DNA of 64,000 bases from Lentimicrobiaceae bacterium (GTDB taxonomy: Bacteria > Bacteroidota > Bacteroidia > Bacteroidales > F082): the NCBI GenBank assembly GCA_015061315.1, contig SUWV01000009.1, positions 19,193 through 83,192 on the forward strand. The letters are read 5' to 3'. Position numbers and translations under genes: made by a program. The number at the start of each line of letters is the position of its first letter. The first letter of the stretch is position 1. Shown here one piece after another: positions 38,537 to 46,968 of the stretch. Below the pieces are notes generated by a model. It was not told the DNA's origin. It was given only the letters and a program-made list of their open reading frames with translations, and did no database searches.

Positions 38537-39475
38537 ATGAACAAACAATATCACGGCAAATTAATATTATTCGGCGAATATTCTATGATATTCGGTTCTG
38601 AGGCTTTGCTGATGCCGTATTACTCTGTTGGCGGAGAATGGACATCTGTCATAAATCGTCCATCGGAAAGAGCCTTTGAATCTAACGCTAATATTCGTAA
38701 GTATTACGATTATCTTTGTGATGACGACGACTTTAGGATTCTTGATCTGAGACGTTTCGGTATGGAGCTTGACGCCGGCTTATATTTCGATTCTAATATT
38801 CCTTTCGGTTATGGCGTAGGCAGCTCTGGCGCATTGACAGCGGCTATCTATGATCGTTATAAGTTAATAGAAATTAAGGATATTTGTAGATTGAAGAAAT
38901 TTCTTGCTAAGATGGAGAATTTCTTTCATGGCAGCAGCTCTGGCATCGACCCATTGCAATGTTATCTCGGGAAGCCGTTTGTGTTAAGACAACAGGACAA
39001 CGAGTCAACAAGTCAACGAGTTATAGAGAGTCAGTCTCCAATGGTAGAAATCTTGAATGATGACTTTATGTCAGACGATATTCACATTTTCTTGATTGAT
39101 ACCGAAATAAAAAGTCCGACAGCTCCTTTAGTGCAGCATTTCAAGGAGTTGAGAAAAGATGAAGCATATCTAAATAAATTCGATAATGATTATATTCCTT
39201 TGATAAGCAACTGCATCGCGACACTAATCGATAAGAAAGATGAAGATTTCTTCAATTATCTCTCACAGCTTTCTCAGATGCAAATTGAGTTGTTGTCGCA
39301 TACTATTCCAGAAGCTACAAGACCTTATTTCTTAAAAAATATTAAGGATGATGGTTTTCAGGTGAAATTATGTGGTGCTGGTGGCGGTGGCTATCTCTTA
39401 GGATTTTGTAAAGATATTGATAAAATCAATAATTTTTGGAATGATTTTGGTAATAAAATCGTCTGGGTAAAATAA
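38537..39475 (+). CDS. mvk: mevalonate kinase (GHMP family)
   Basis: GKLILFGEYSMIFGSEAL, the GHMP motif PFGYGVGSSGALTAA and C-terminal KLCGAGGGGY. The ATG at 38537 is preferred over the TTG at 38525. Confidence 0.75.
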   Translation: MNKQYHGKLILFGEYSMIFGSEALLMPYYSVGGEWTSVINRPSERAFESNANIRKYYDYLCDDDDFRILDLRRFGMELDAGLYFDSNIPFGYGVGSSGALTAAIYDRYKLIEIKDICRLKKFLAKMENFFHGSSSGIDPLQCYLGKPFVLRQQDNESTSQRVIESQSPMVEILNDDFMSDDIHIFLIDTEIKSPTAPLVQHFKELRKDEAYLNKFDNDYIPLISNCIATLIDKKDEDFFNYLSQLSQMQIELLSHTIPEATRPYFLKNIKDDGFQVKLCGAGGGGYLLGFCKDIDKINNFWNDFGNKIVWVK

Positions 39476-39547
39476 GCCAAGCAACATTTTACACAATTAT
39501 ACGTTACTTATACAAAATAAAACTATTACTAATTAAACTTATTAAAA

Positions 39548-39982
39548 ATGAAAAAACACATCTTAACTTTAGCAGCTGTTCTATTACTCAGTTTCACTTC
39601 ATGCGCAAAAGATAATTTAACACAACTCGAACAACTTCCAACCAAAGCTCAAGAGTTTGTCAAGACTTATTTCGGTGATTACACAATTCAATATGTCTTC
39701 AGCGACAAGGAATTTGCCGATGTAGATTATAAAGTACGTTTTGAAGATGGTACAGAGATAGAGTTCAATGCCAAAGGCGAATGGACAGATGTCAGCGGAA
39801 ATAGAAATTGTATCCCTACAGGATTTATCTTGAAAGAAATCACCAATTTTGTCGAGAAAAATCACAAAGATTTATGTATCACCGACATCGAAAGAGACTT
39901 CAATCGTTTCACTGTAGAACTCAACGGACATTTAGAAATTGAGTTTAACAATAAAGGTAAATTCATCTCTTACGACGATTGA
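39548..39982 (+). CDS. PepSY-like (DUF2874-type) periplasmic lipoprotein
   Basis: The lipobox is SFTSCAK. The repeated LP..A..F....F......V.....DYKV.F.DGTEIEFN..GEW pattern is typical of the Bacteroidota PepSY-like family. Confidence 0.6.
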   Translation: MKKHILTLAAVLLLSFTSCAKDNLTQLEQLPTKAQEFVKTYFGDYTIQYVFSDKEFADVDYKVRFEDGTEIEFNAKGEWTDVSGNRNCIPTGFILKEITNFVEKNHKDLCITDIERDFNRFTVELNGHLEIEFNNKGKFISYDD

Positions 39983-40000
39983 TTTAGATTTCATAATCAC

Positions 40001-40039
40001 AAAAAAATAGTTGGTTAATTTACAGCCAACTATTTTTTT
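40001..40039. terminator. bidirectional intrinsic terminator between convergent genes
   Basis: A7-ATAGTTGG-loop-CCAACTAT-T7. Confidence 0.8.
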
Positions 40040-40046
40040 ATACCTA

Positions 40047-42692
40047 TTAATAATATATCACGTTTAAATCGGGTTTCTTGAACTTCAACAATTCGATATT
40101 CTTGTTCTTAATTTTGGTCTTATACGCCTTCAAATGTTTCAACGATGGCAAATTCTCCAATGGAACAACGCTCTTCACGTAAGTATTCACTATCGACAAA
40201 TCTTCTAAATGTTCAAAGCCTGCGAGCGGTTTGAGATTTCTCACGGATGTGCCGCCAATATTAAGCACCTTTATGTTTTTAAGATTTGTTATTGGTGTTA
40301 AATCGGATACTTGCGTATTCTCAACATTTAAATTCTTTAATAACAATAGATTAGATAATGGAGTGATGTCATCAACAGGATTACCGCTTACTGATAAGAC
40401 CTCCAATAAATCTTTATCACTTAAAGGTGTTAGGTCGTGAATCTGATTGTTATTGATAATTAATTTTCTCAAGAATGACATTTGTTGCAAAGATTCTAAG
40501 CTGTAAACCACATTATTAGGATCAACAACGATTTCTTCCAGATCGACAATCGACTGCAATTGTTCGGCAGTAGGATTAGAGTTACATGTCAGATGACTGT
40601 TAAATATCTCACGCCATGCCATGTCAAGATTTCCCCACCATAATCTCAAATCGTCGGTTTGATATATCACGGTAAGCTGTCTTTGTTTTCTTTTTAAGGC
40701 AACGACTTCGTCCTGAGTGAGTTTACTTCCATCGGCGTATATCTTAGATATGTTAGAAAGTTCGTGTAATGCCTGTAGCGACTTAACATTAGTGTTTTCT
40801 ATGTTAAGCTCTTTTAAGTTTTTAAGATTTGATAAAGGTGTAAGATCTGACACCTCTGTGTTTCTGACGTTCAACGATTTAAGGTTGTGTAAGCCGTAGA
40901 GTGGCGATAAGTCGTCGATTTTAGAATCAGAAAGGTCGAGGAACTCTATGTTTGTCAAACGGCTGACAGGCTCCGCGTCTTGAATGAAATGACCGACTTT
41001 AAGATTCTTGATATTAATGATAGAATGCAGCTCTTCTTTAGTAGGTCTTTTACTTGTCATAGCCTGAGTTATGAGCAGATCTTTCCAAAACGAAGGAAGC
41101 TCGTTCCACCATGCTTCAAGAGCTAATGTCTCATAAATGACGAGTACGTTAGGGTTAGAACGCATGAACTTATCTGCCATAGCCTTGTCTACCAATGCGT
41201 TGTCGCAATATATCTTAGTCAATCTCGACATATTGTCAAGAGGCATCAAGTCGGCGACTTCAGTATTTGAGAAGTTAATCTCGTTAAGACGCTCTAAACT
41301 TTTCAGTGGCGACAAATCCGTAATTCTCGTACCTTCTACGTTAAGAAAATGAAGATTAACGAGATTTTGCAGAGAACTTATATCTGACACAGGAGTGTTG
41401 CTGAGGTCTAAGTCATATAGTTTCAATAAGTTATTTAATGGCGAGAGATTAGTAATCTGAGTTCCCGACAAATTAAGACTTGTCATATTCACACAGTTTG
41501 ACACAGGAGTAATATCGCTCACCTTGGTATTTGCCAAAGAAAGATTGTTAAGGTCTTTAAAGAAAGAGACGACAGTAATATCATCTATGTCAATATTATC
41601 GGCTTTAAAATCTTGCACTACATTGGCATATTTCAAATTAGAAATATCCTTGACATCTGTATTGCTGATATTTAAGTCTTTTATTTTATTCAAATTACGA
41701 ATTGGGTTAATGTCATTCACTTTAGTATCTGAGCAATTCAGTGAGCGTAGTTCCGAGAGCTCTGTCAAAGGTTCAAGAGTGGTGATGTCTTCATTGCCAG
41801 CAACATTAACTTCTGTTATCTTAGTGATTTGGTTAAGGATTTCATAGATTGGCGACAATGAAGTTTTTATTGTATCATCGACCCAACGGCTGACAGTGTC
41901 GTTTATAAAAATCACAGTATCAGGCTGATGACCGAACAATTCATCGATACGATCCATCGACATCGTATCGTTACCGACTATCATAAACGAGTCTTTCAGA
42001 GCGAACTCACGCTTTGTAAGTAAGGTATAACCATCTGCCAAAATATTGTTGACATCCGACATCTCAACCTCATCAACAATGAAATAGCCTTTTCCAAGAT
42101 ATTGTTTCCATGCCAAACTCATTGAATTCCACCAATTATATAATTCTTCCTCGGCATTAGGCTTTGTAGTATAGAAACTTACGATCTTCAGTTCTTTCTT
42201 ATAGCTATCCAAATTAATTTCAAGAAAACGAGGCTTTGAGTTATTTACAGCATCGCCTGTGATAGTGTTACCCGCTATGGTCCTGACCATTGCCACTTTA
42301 AAAAAGGTCTCGCCAGCTTCATTAATTTGTGGCGTAACACTTTGAATTTCAAAAGTAAATTTTACATTGTCAAAAAAGAAATCAATATCTTTAAGATAAG
42401 ATTGTACGTCTTTATTTATCGAAGTTCCTCTATTTTCGTCGAGGTCGTCTTCCACCTGAACATTCTCATCTCTAAAGATTTTGCTATAACTCTCCTTGAA
42501 GATGATGTCTTTCTCGTGAACAAAATTATTGGGGTCACCGATGAAATTAAGAGTCTCCTGCAGATACTCTACCATCTGATGTATTTGAGACTCATACTCT
42601 TTTATGTCTTTATCCGACAAAGACGCCTGAGCTTTTAGGAAGAAGGAAGAAAATAAAAGTATTGAAAATATTAAATGTCTTTTCATTTTCAT
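40047..42692 (-). CDS. secreted leucine-rich repeat protein (internalin-type 22-residue LRRs)
   Basis: Has a signal peptide. There are more than 25 repeats of L-x-x-L-x-L-S-N-T-x-V-x-D-I-S-P-L arranged in three blocks. Each block is preceded by a W-W-x-x-L-x3-W-K/R ... P-T-x-E-E/Q-L module. Confidence 0.8.
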   Translation of the reverse strand: MKMKRHLIFSILLFSSFFLKAQASLSDKDIKEYESQIHQMVEYLQETLNFIGDPNNFVHEKDIIFKESYSKIFRDENVQVEDDLDENRGTSINKDVQSYLKDIDFFFDNVKFTFEIQSVTPQINEAGETFFKVAMVRTIAGNTITGDAVNNSKPRFLEINLDSYKKELKIVSFYTTKPNAEEELYNWWNSMSLAWKQYLGKGYFIVDEVEMSDVNNILADGYTLLTKREFALKDSFMIVGNDTMSMDRIDELFGHQPDTVIFINDTVSRWVDDTIKTSLSPIYEILNQITKITEVNVAGNEDITTLEPLTELSELRSLNCSDTKVNDINPIRNLNKIKDLNISNTDVKDISNLKYANVVQDFKADNIDIDDITVVSFFKDLNNLSLANTKVSDITPVSNCVNMTSLNLSGTQITNLSPLNNLLKLYDLDLSNTPVSDISSLQNLVNLHFLNVEGTRITDLSPLKSLERLNEINFSNTEVADLMPLDNMSRLTKIYCDNALVDKAMADKFMRSNPNVLVIYETLALEAWWNELPSFWKDLLITQAMTSKRPTKEELHSIINIKNLKVGHFIQDAEPVSRLTNIEFLDLSDSKIDDLSPLYGLHNLKSLNVRNTEVSDLTPLSNLKNLKELNIENTNVKSLQALHELSNISKIYADGSKLTQDEVVALKRKQRQLTVIYQTDDLRLWWGNLDMAWREIFNSHLTCNSNPTAEQLQSIVDLEEIVVDPNNVVYSLESLQQMSFLRKLIINNNQIHDLTPLSDKDLLEVLSVSGNPVDDITPLSNLLLLKNLNVENTQVSDLTPITNLKNIKVLNIGGTSVRNLKPLAGFEHLEDLSIVNTYVKSVVPLENLPSLKHLKAYKTKIKNKNIELLKFKKPDLNVIYY

Positions 42693-43543
42693 TTATTGAT
42701 ATTTGGTTGATAAAATTTCAGCAGTTCTTCTTTTTCATCATCTTTCAAGAAAACGAGATTAGAGATGAGCCATCCGGTGTTGAGCCCTTCTCTGTTGAAC
42801 CAAGACACTTCAAAATACCAGTTATCTATTTGAAACACATGGAATTTCTCGCTATTAACTTTTTCAAACACCAAGTTGCCGCATTTCACTTCATAGAAAA
42901 ATATAGACAGATAATCAGGCGAGTACGTATTTGATGCGTAATATTCTATTGATTCAGGAGTTTTGAAAATCTTGTAGATATTCATAAAGTCGAGTTCGTG
43001 GCTCATCGGGTGTAGAAAATGTTTCTGTTGTTCAGCTATATCGCCCTTAGGGAACAACTTGCTGAAATCGGAGAAATAAACATTTGTGAGTACCCATTTA
43101 GAGCCGAGGTTTTCTTGTTCTATGGTGAATATCATGCTGATATCGACTTTCTCGCCATTCATTTTGAATGTAGCAGACACCTCTGAATACCATTTACCAC
43201 CGAGAAATTCAAAGTAGTTAGCATCTTTTTCGGTGAGGTCTGCGATGAAGAAATCGCGTAATGAGCCGTTAGTACGAGGGTTATCCATGTCGAACAGAAG
43301 AGGCAAGACGGTCTTGCGTTTCATTCTGTCACGATAGTCGGGTGACTCGGGACTTATTTTTGTACCATATTGATCCTCTTCATAATTGAAGCGGCTCATG
43401 AACTGGCTCATTTGTTTTGTCATTGTATAGAAAGCTCTCTCATCGGTTTGTACGTCGCCGAGATTAGTATATGACTGTGCTTCAGATGTCTTGATGAAAA
43501 ACATCGACAATAGCAAGACGTTAGTCAAGAAAAATTTTTTCAT
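42689..43543 (-). CDS. hypothetical secreted protein
   Basis: The signal peptide is MKKFFLTNVLLLSMFFIKTSEA. It overlaps the LRR gene start by 4 nt (ATGA). Confidence 0.5.
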   Translation of the reverse strand: MKKFFLTNVLLLSMFFIKTSEAQSYTNLGDVQTDERAFYTMTKQMSQFMSRFNYEEDQYGTKISPESPDYRDRMKRKTVLPLLFDMDNPRTNGSLRDFFIADLTEKDANYFEFLGGKWYSEVSATFKMNGEKVDISMIFTIEQENLGSKWVLTNVYFSDFSKLFPKGDIAEQQKHFLHPMSHELDFMNIYKIFKTPESIEYYASNTYSPDYLSIFFYEVKCGNLVFEKVNSEKFHVFQIDNWYFEVSWFNREGLNTGWLISNLVFLKDDEKEELLKFYQPNINK

Positions 43544-43555
43544 TATGGATATTGC

Positions 43556-43589
43556 GTAAAAAGCAGCTCCTAATAATTCAGAGCTGCTT
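43556..43589 (-). terminator. intrinsic terminator (minus strand) after 43596..44168
   Basis: The minus-strand reading AAGCAGCTC-loop-GAGCTGCTT followed by T6 is a perfect 9-bp stem. Confidence 0.75.
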
Positions 43590-43595
43590 GTTTAT

Positions 43596-44168
43596 TTATT
43601 TTATCGATGTCTCTTTAACTCTCATATCACCCAACATTACGTCCCAGAAACCGATGAGACGTCCACCAATCTGAGTCTCTTTACGTTTCACGTAAACCGT
43701 AATGTCTTTCTTGGTAGTATCTTGATAGACGAGGCGACCTTCTTTATCGAAGCCTTTAAATGTCTGGAACACGGTGATAACACCTACGTATGTGCCATCA
43801 GGCTGACGTTGTAAGTCGCTGACATATTCTATTTTATACCAATCTATTTCAACGCGGTCGTAATTAAGACGCATCAATCTTTCAAGATATTGACGCACTT
43901 TATAATATTGTACTTCGTTGGTTGTCAGTGATGATACGCCTATTTCCGCGTCTGGTGCGAAGAGTTCCTCTGCGCGGTCGATGACTCTGTTAGCTTCGCT
44001 CCATGGAGTTTCTTTAGAACCTATGATTTTGATATATTTGCTTAAGTCGCGAACTTTCTCAAGTGCGAGACTGTCGACAGCTTGCTTACGTTCATGCGAT
44101 AATTCTTGAGCTTGTGTGTTGCCTAATAAAAATACTCCAAATAATAATGTCAAAAATATCTTTTTCAT
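43596..44168 (-). CDS. hypothetical secreted protein
   Basis: Has a signal peptide ending in NTQAQ. It shares a LF-x-P-D-[AV] segment with 44175..44813. This is weak by-eye similarity. Confidence 0.5.
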   Translation of the reverse strand: MKKIFLTLLFGVFLLGNTQAQELSHERKQAVDSLALEKVRDLSKYIKIIGSKETPWSEANRVIDRAEELFAPDAEIGVSSLTTNEVQYYKVRQYLERLMRLNYDRVEIDWYKIEYVSDLQRQPDGTYVGVITVFQTFKGFDKEGRLVYQDTTKKDITVYVKRKETQIGGRLIGFWDVMLGDMRVKETSIK

Positions 44169-44174
44169 AATGCT

Positions 44175-44813
44175 TTACTTTTTAATTAATTCTAACTCTG
44201 TGATTTTATCGTTGTCGTCATATTTTACGTTATTAACACGTACGGTGACGCTCTTTTGGTCTTTGATATAGTTAAGATATTTCTCAGCTGTCGTAGGTGC
44301 GTCAAAATCAATGATGTCACCCATCTGATAAACGATGATAAGCACTGGCACATCTGGCGATGCGAACAAATTCAAAGCCTCGTTTATTTTTTCGTTGGCA
44401 GTCTCTGCATCTGGAGCTGCTGCTATGATGGCAAAATAATCTGAAATAGAAGTCTTCGATTCTGCTTTGGCTCTGTTCTCTTCTTCTATCTTTCGTAATC
44501 GTTCTTCTTCCGCAGCACGTTCAGCCTCAGCCAACTCTCGAGCTAAGACCTCTTTTGCTTTCACTATCAATGCGTCAATTTCTTGATTCTGAAGGTCTGA
44601 TTTCTCTATCTCTTCAACTCTGGCTTTCTGTTCTTCTAATGTCCATTCCGTAGTCCCCTCAATTATAGCGTTCAAATCAGCTTTGGCTTGCGCAACCTTT
44701 GCTTCATATTCTTTCTTGGCTAATTTCTTTTTACTACCACAACTCGTTGTTCCTCCAATAGTTACGAAAGCTAATATCGTAACGAGAATAAAATTTTTAA
44801 TTCGTAATTTCAT
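44175..44813 (-). CDS. hypothetical lipoprotein with a charged coiled-coil segment
   Basis: The lipobox is GGTTSCGS, followed by AEAERAAEEERLRKIEEENRAKAE. Confidence 0.5.
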   Translation of the reverse strand: MKLRIKNFILVTILAFVTIGGTTSCGSKKKLAKKEYEAKVAQAKADLNAIIEGTTEWTLEEQKARVEEIEKSDLQNQEIDALIVKAKEVLARELAEAERAAEEERLRKIEEENRAKAESKTSISDYFAIIAAAPDAETANEKINEALNLFASPDVPVLIIVYQMGDIIDFDAPTTAEKYLNYIKDQKSVTVRVNNVKYDDNDKITELELIKK

Positions 44814-44841
44814 AGTTTTATTAAGTTAAAAATGATTTCTG

Positions 44842-44849
44842 CAAATATA
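44842..44849 (-). promoter_or_regulatory. -7 box TATATTTG (minus strand) for 44175..44813
   Basis: The reverse complement of CAAATATA lies 29 nt upstream of the ATG at 44813. Confidence 0.55.
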
Positions 44850-45008
44850 ATAATTTTGAGATATGATTGCAACTCAATTTTTCATAAAAATAATTAAGAA
44901 ATAATACTTATGATGTTCTTTTCATTGACAAGAAACGACGAAATTATAATTATCGTATAATTTAAAAAAGAAATGTTTTTGAAATGAAATTTTTATGATT
45001 TTTGCAAA

Positions 45009-46778
45009 ATGATGAAACATTACAACATACCGATTTTTTTACCCGAACTCGCTTGCCCTTATCGCTGCGTTTATTGTAATCAATTTAGCATTACGGGAAA
45101 TGACGATATTGTAAAACCTGAAGATGTTAAGAATATAATCGACAGCCACTTAGCTTCTTTTAAAGAAGAAAATCGTTTCGTGGAAGTGGCTTTCTTCGGT
45201 GGTAATTTCACCGGACTTCCTGTCAAAATGCAAAACGATTATCTTGAAGTGGTGCAGCCTTATCTTGATAAAAATCTCATTCACGGTATTCGTTGTAGCA
45301 CTCGCCCCGATTATATCTCGCTTCAGCGTGTTAAAGAAATTAAACATCTCGGTATGCGTAACATCGAACTCGGAGCACAAAGCACTAACGACGAAGTTCT
45401 GAAACATTGTAAACGTGGTCATACTTACAACGACATCGTTGAGGCATCGCAGATAATTCTTTCCGAAGGAATTACGTTGGGACTACAAATGATGATAGGT
45501 CTTCCTTACGATTCTGAAGAGAAGGATTTTCAGACAGCAAAAGATATAGTAAATCTCGGAGCTAAAGAGACTCGCATCTATCCTTGTATCGTAGTGAAGG
45601 ACACTGAGTTAGAGGCTTTATATCGTAATGGAGATTATAAAGCTCTTTCTATCAATGAAGCTGTAAGTCGTTCTTCAAAATTATATTCTTATTTTATTGA
45701 AAATCAAGTTAAAGTTTTAAGAATAGGTCTGCATCAATCTGATGAGTTGGATAAAGAAGGTTACGTTGCCGGTCCATATCACAAGAATTTTGCTGAGATG
45801 GTTTTCTCTCATATCTGGAAAGAGAAGTTTGAGAATCTGAAAATCTCAGAATCTGAAAACCTGAAAAAAGACATAATAATCAATGTGCCTGCATCGCAGA
45901 TAAATCACGCTATAGGATGGAATGGCGAGAATAAGAGAATGTTGTTAGATCGATTTGATAAAGTAGAGTTTAAGGCTAATGACAAAAGACAAAAGACAAA
46001 AGATGAAGATGATGATTTTACGTTTACCATCACTACAAAAGACGAGCTTCCGACAATTATCGCTGATTCGAGAATGCCAGAGGATGCGAAGAAAAATCTG
46101 AAGAAATTAGGAAACGTCCTTTTCATCAATCCTACTTCTGTGACTTATAATTCAATATCTTCACATCCAGATATTTTCTTCTTTCAAAAAGACGATGCTT
46201 TGATTTATGCGCCCAATGCTCCGAAAAGAATAGTCAAGGAATTGAAGAAGCGAAAGATAAAACTCATCGAAGGCAAGAAAGAAGTCGGGAAGAAATATCC
46301 GGAGACGGTTCCTTATAACGCAGTCGGAATTGGAAATCTGTTGATACATAATTTAAAACATACCGACGAGACGATTTTGTCATCTTACGAAAATCACATA
46401 AATGTTAATCAAGGATATACGCGATGTAATCTTTTGGCTTTGAATGAAAATGCGTTTATCACGTCAGATGTTGGCATTTTCAATGTAGTCAACAGTCAAC
46501 AGACAACAGACAACAGTCTTTATCCACACGAATCTCTTGTAGGTACGTCCATATTGTACATCGACCCAAAACAAATTAAATTGGAAGGTCAGAAAAACGG
46601 ATTTTTCCCAGGCTGTTGCGGCGTTTGGAAAAACAATCTTATCGTTTGTGGCAGCACAAAAAATCTAAAAGAGAAAGCCGAATTAGATAAATTCTTGAAA
46701 GATAATAATTTCAATCTCATTGAATTATACGACGGAGATTTGATTGATGTGGGAAGCGTTTTTTCAATTGACAATTAA
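45009..46778 (+). CDS. radical SAM (ELP3-like) protein fused to a C-terminal domain of unknown function, possibly DUF6873/GME-fold-like
   Basis: The N-terminus has CPYRCVYCNQ (CxxxCxxC) and a radical SAM core of about 300 aa. The C-terminal 240 aa or so contains SSHPDIFFF and other features that I only tentatively associate with the DUF6873 family. Confidence 0.6.
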   Translation: MMKHYNIPIFLPELACPYRCVYCNQFSITGNDDIVKPEDVKNIIDSHLASFKEENRFVEVAFFGGNFTGLPVKMQNDYLEVVQPYLDKNLIHGIRCSTRPDYISLQRVKEIKHLGMRNIELGAQSTNDEVLKHCKRGHTYNDIVEASQIILSEGITLGLQMMIGLPYDSEEKDFQTAKDIVNLGAKETRIYPCIVVKDTELEALYRNGDYKALSINEAVSRSSKLYSYFIENQVKVLRIGLHQSDELDKEGYVAGPYHKNFAEMVFSHIWKEKFENLKISESENLKKDIIINVPASQINHAIGWNGENKRMLLDRFDKVEFKANDKRQKTKDEDDDFTFTITTKDELPTIIADSRMPEDAKKNLKKLGNVLFINPTSVTYNSISSHPDIFFFQKDDALIYAPNAPKRIVKELKKRKIKLIEGKKEVGKKYPETVPYNAVGIGNLLIHNLKHTDETILSSYENHINVNQGYTRCNLLALNENAFITSDVGIFNVVNSQQTTDNSLYPHESLVGTSILYIDPKQIKLEGQKNGFFPGCCGVWKNNLIVCGSTKNLKEKAELDKFLKDNNFNLIELYDGDLIDVGSVFSIDN

Positions 46779-46943
46779 CAGTTTACAATTAACAATTGAA
46801 AGAAATGTCACTTGATATGCAGCAACGACATCTCGTTTATTATTTTCTGTGTCGTTGATATGTCTCTATAGTTGTTGCTCAAAGCTCAAAGCTCATTGCC
46901 AAAAAATCTTTAGTCATTAGACTTTTGACTTTAGCCTTTTTTC

Positions 46944-46951
46944 TATCTTTG
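46944..46951 (+). promoter_or_regulatory. -7 box TATCTTTG upstream of the U32 peptidase gene
   Basis: A perfect TAnnTTTG 18 nt upstream of the ATG at 46969. Confidence 0.55.
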
Positions 46952-46968
46952 CAACAAACATTTCCTTT

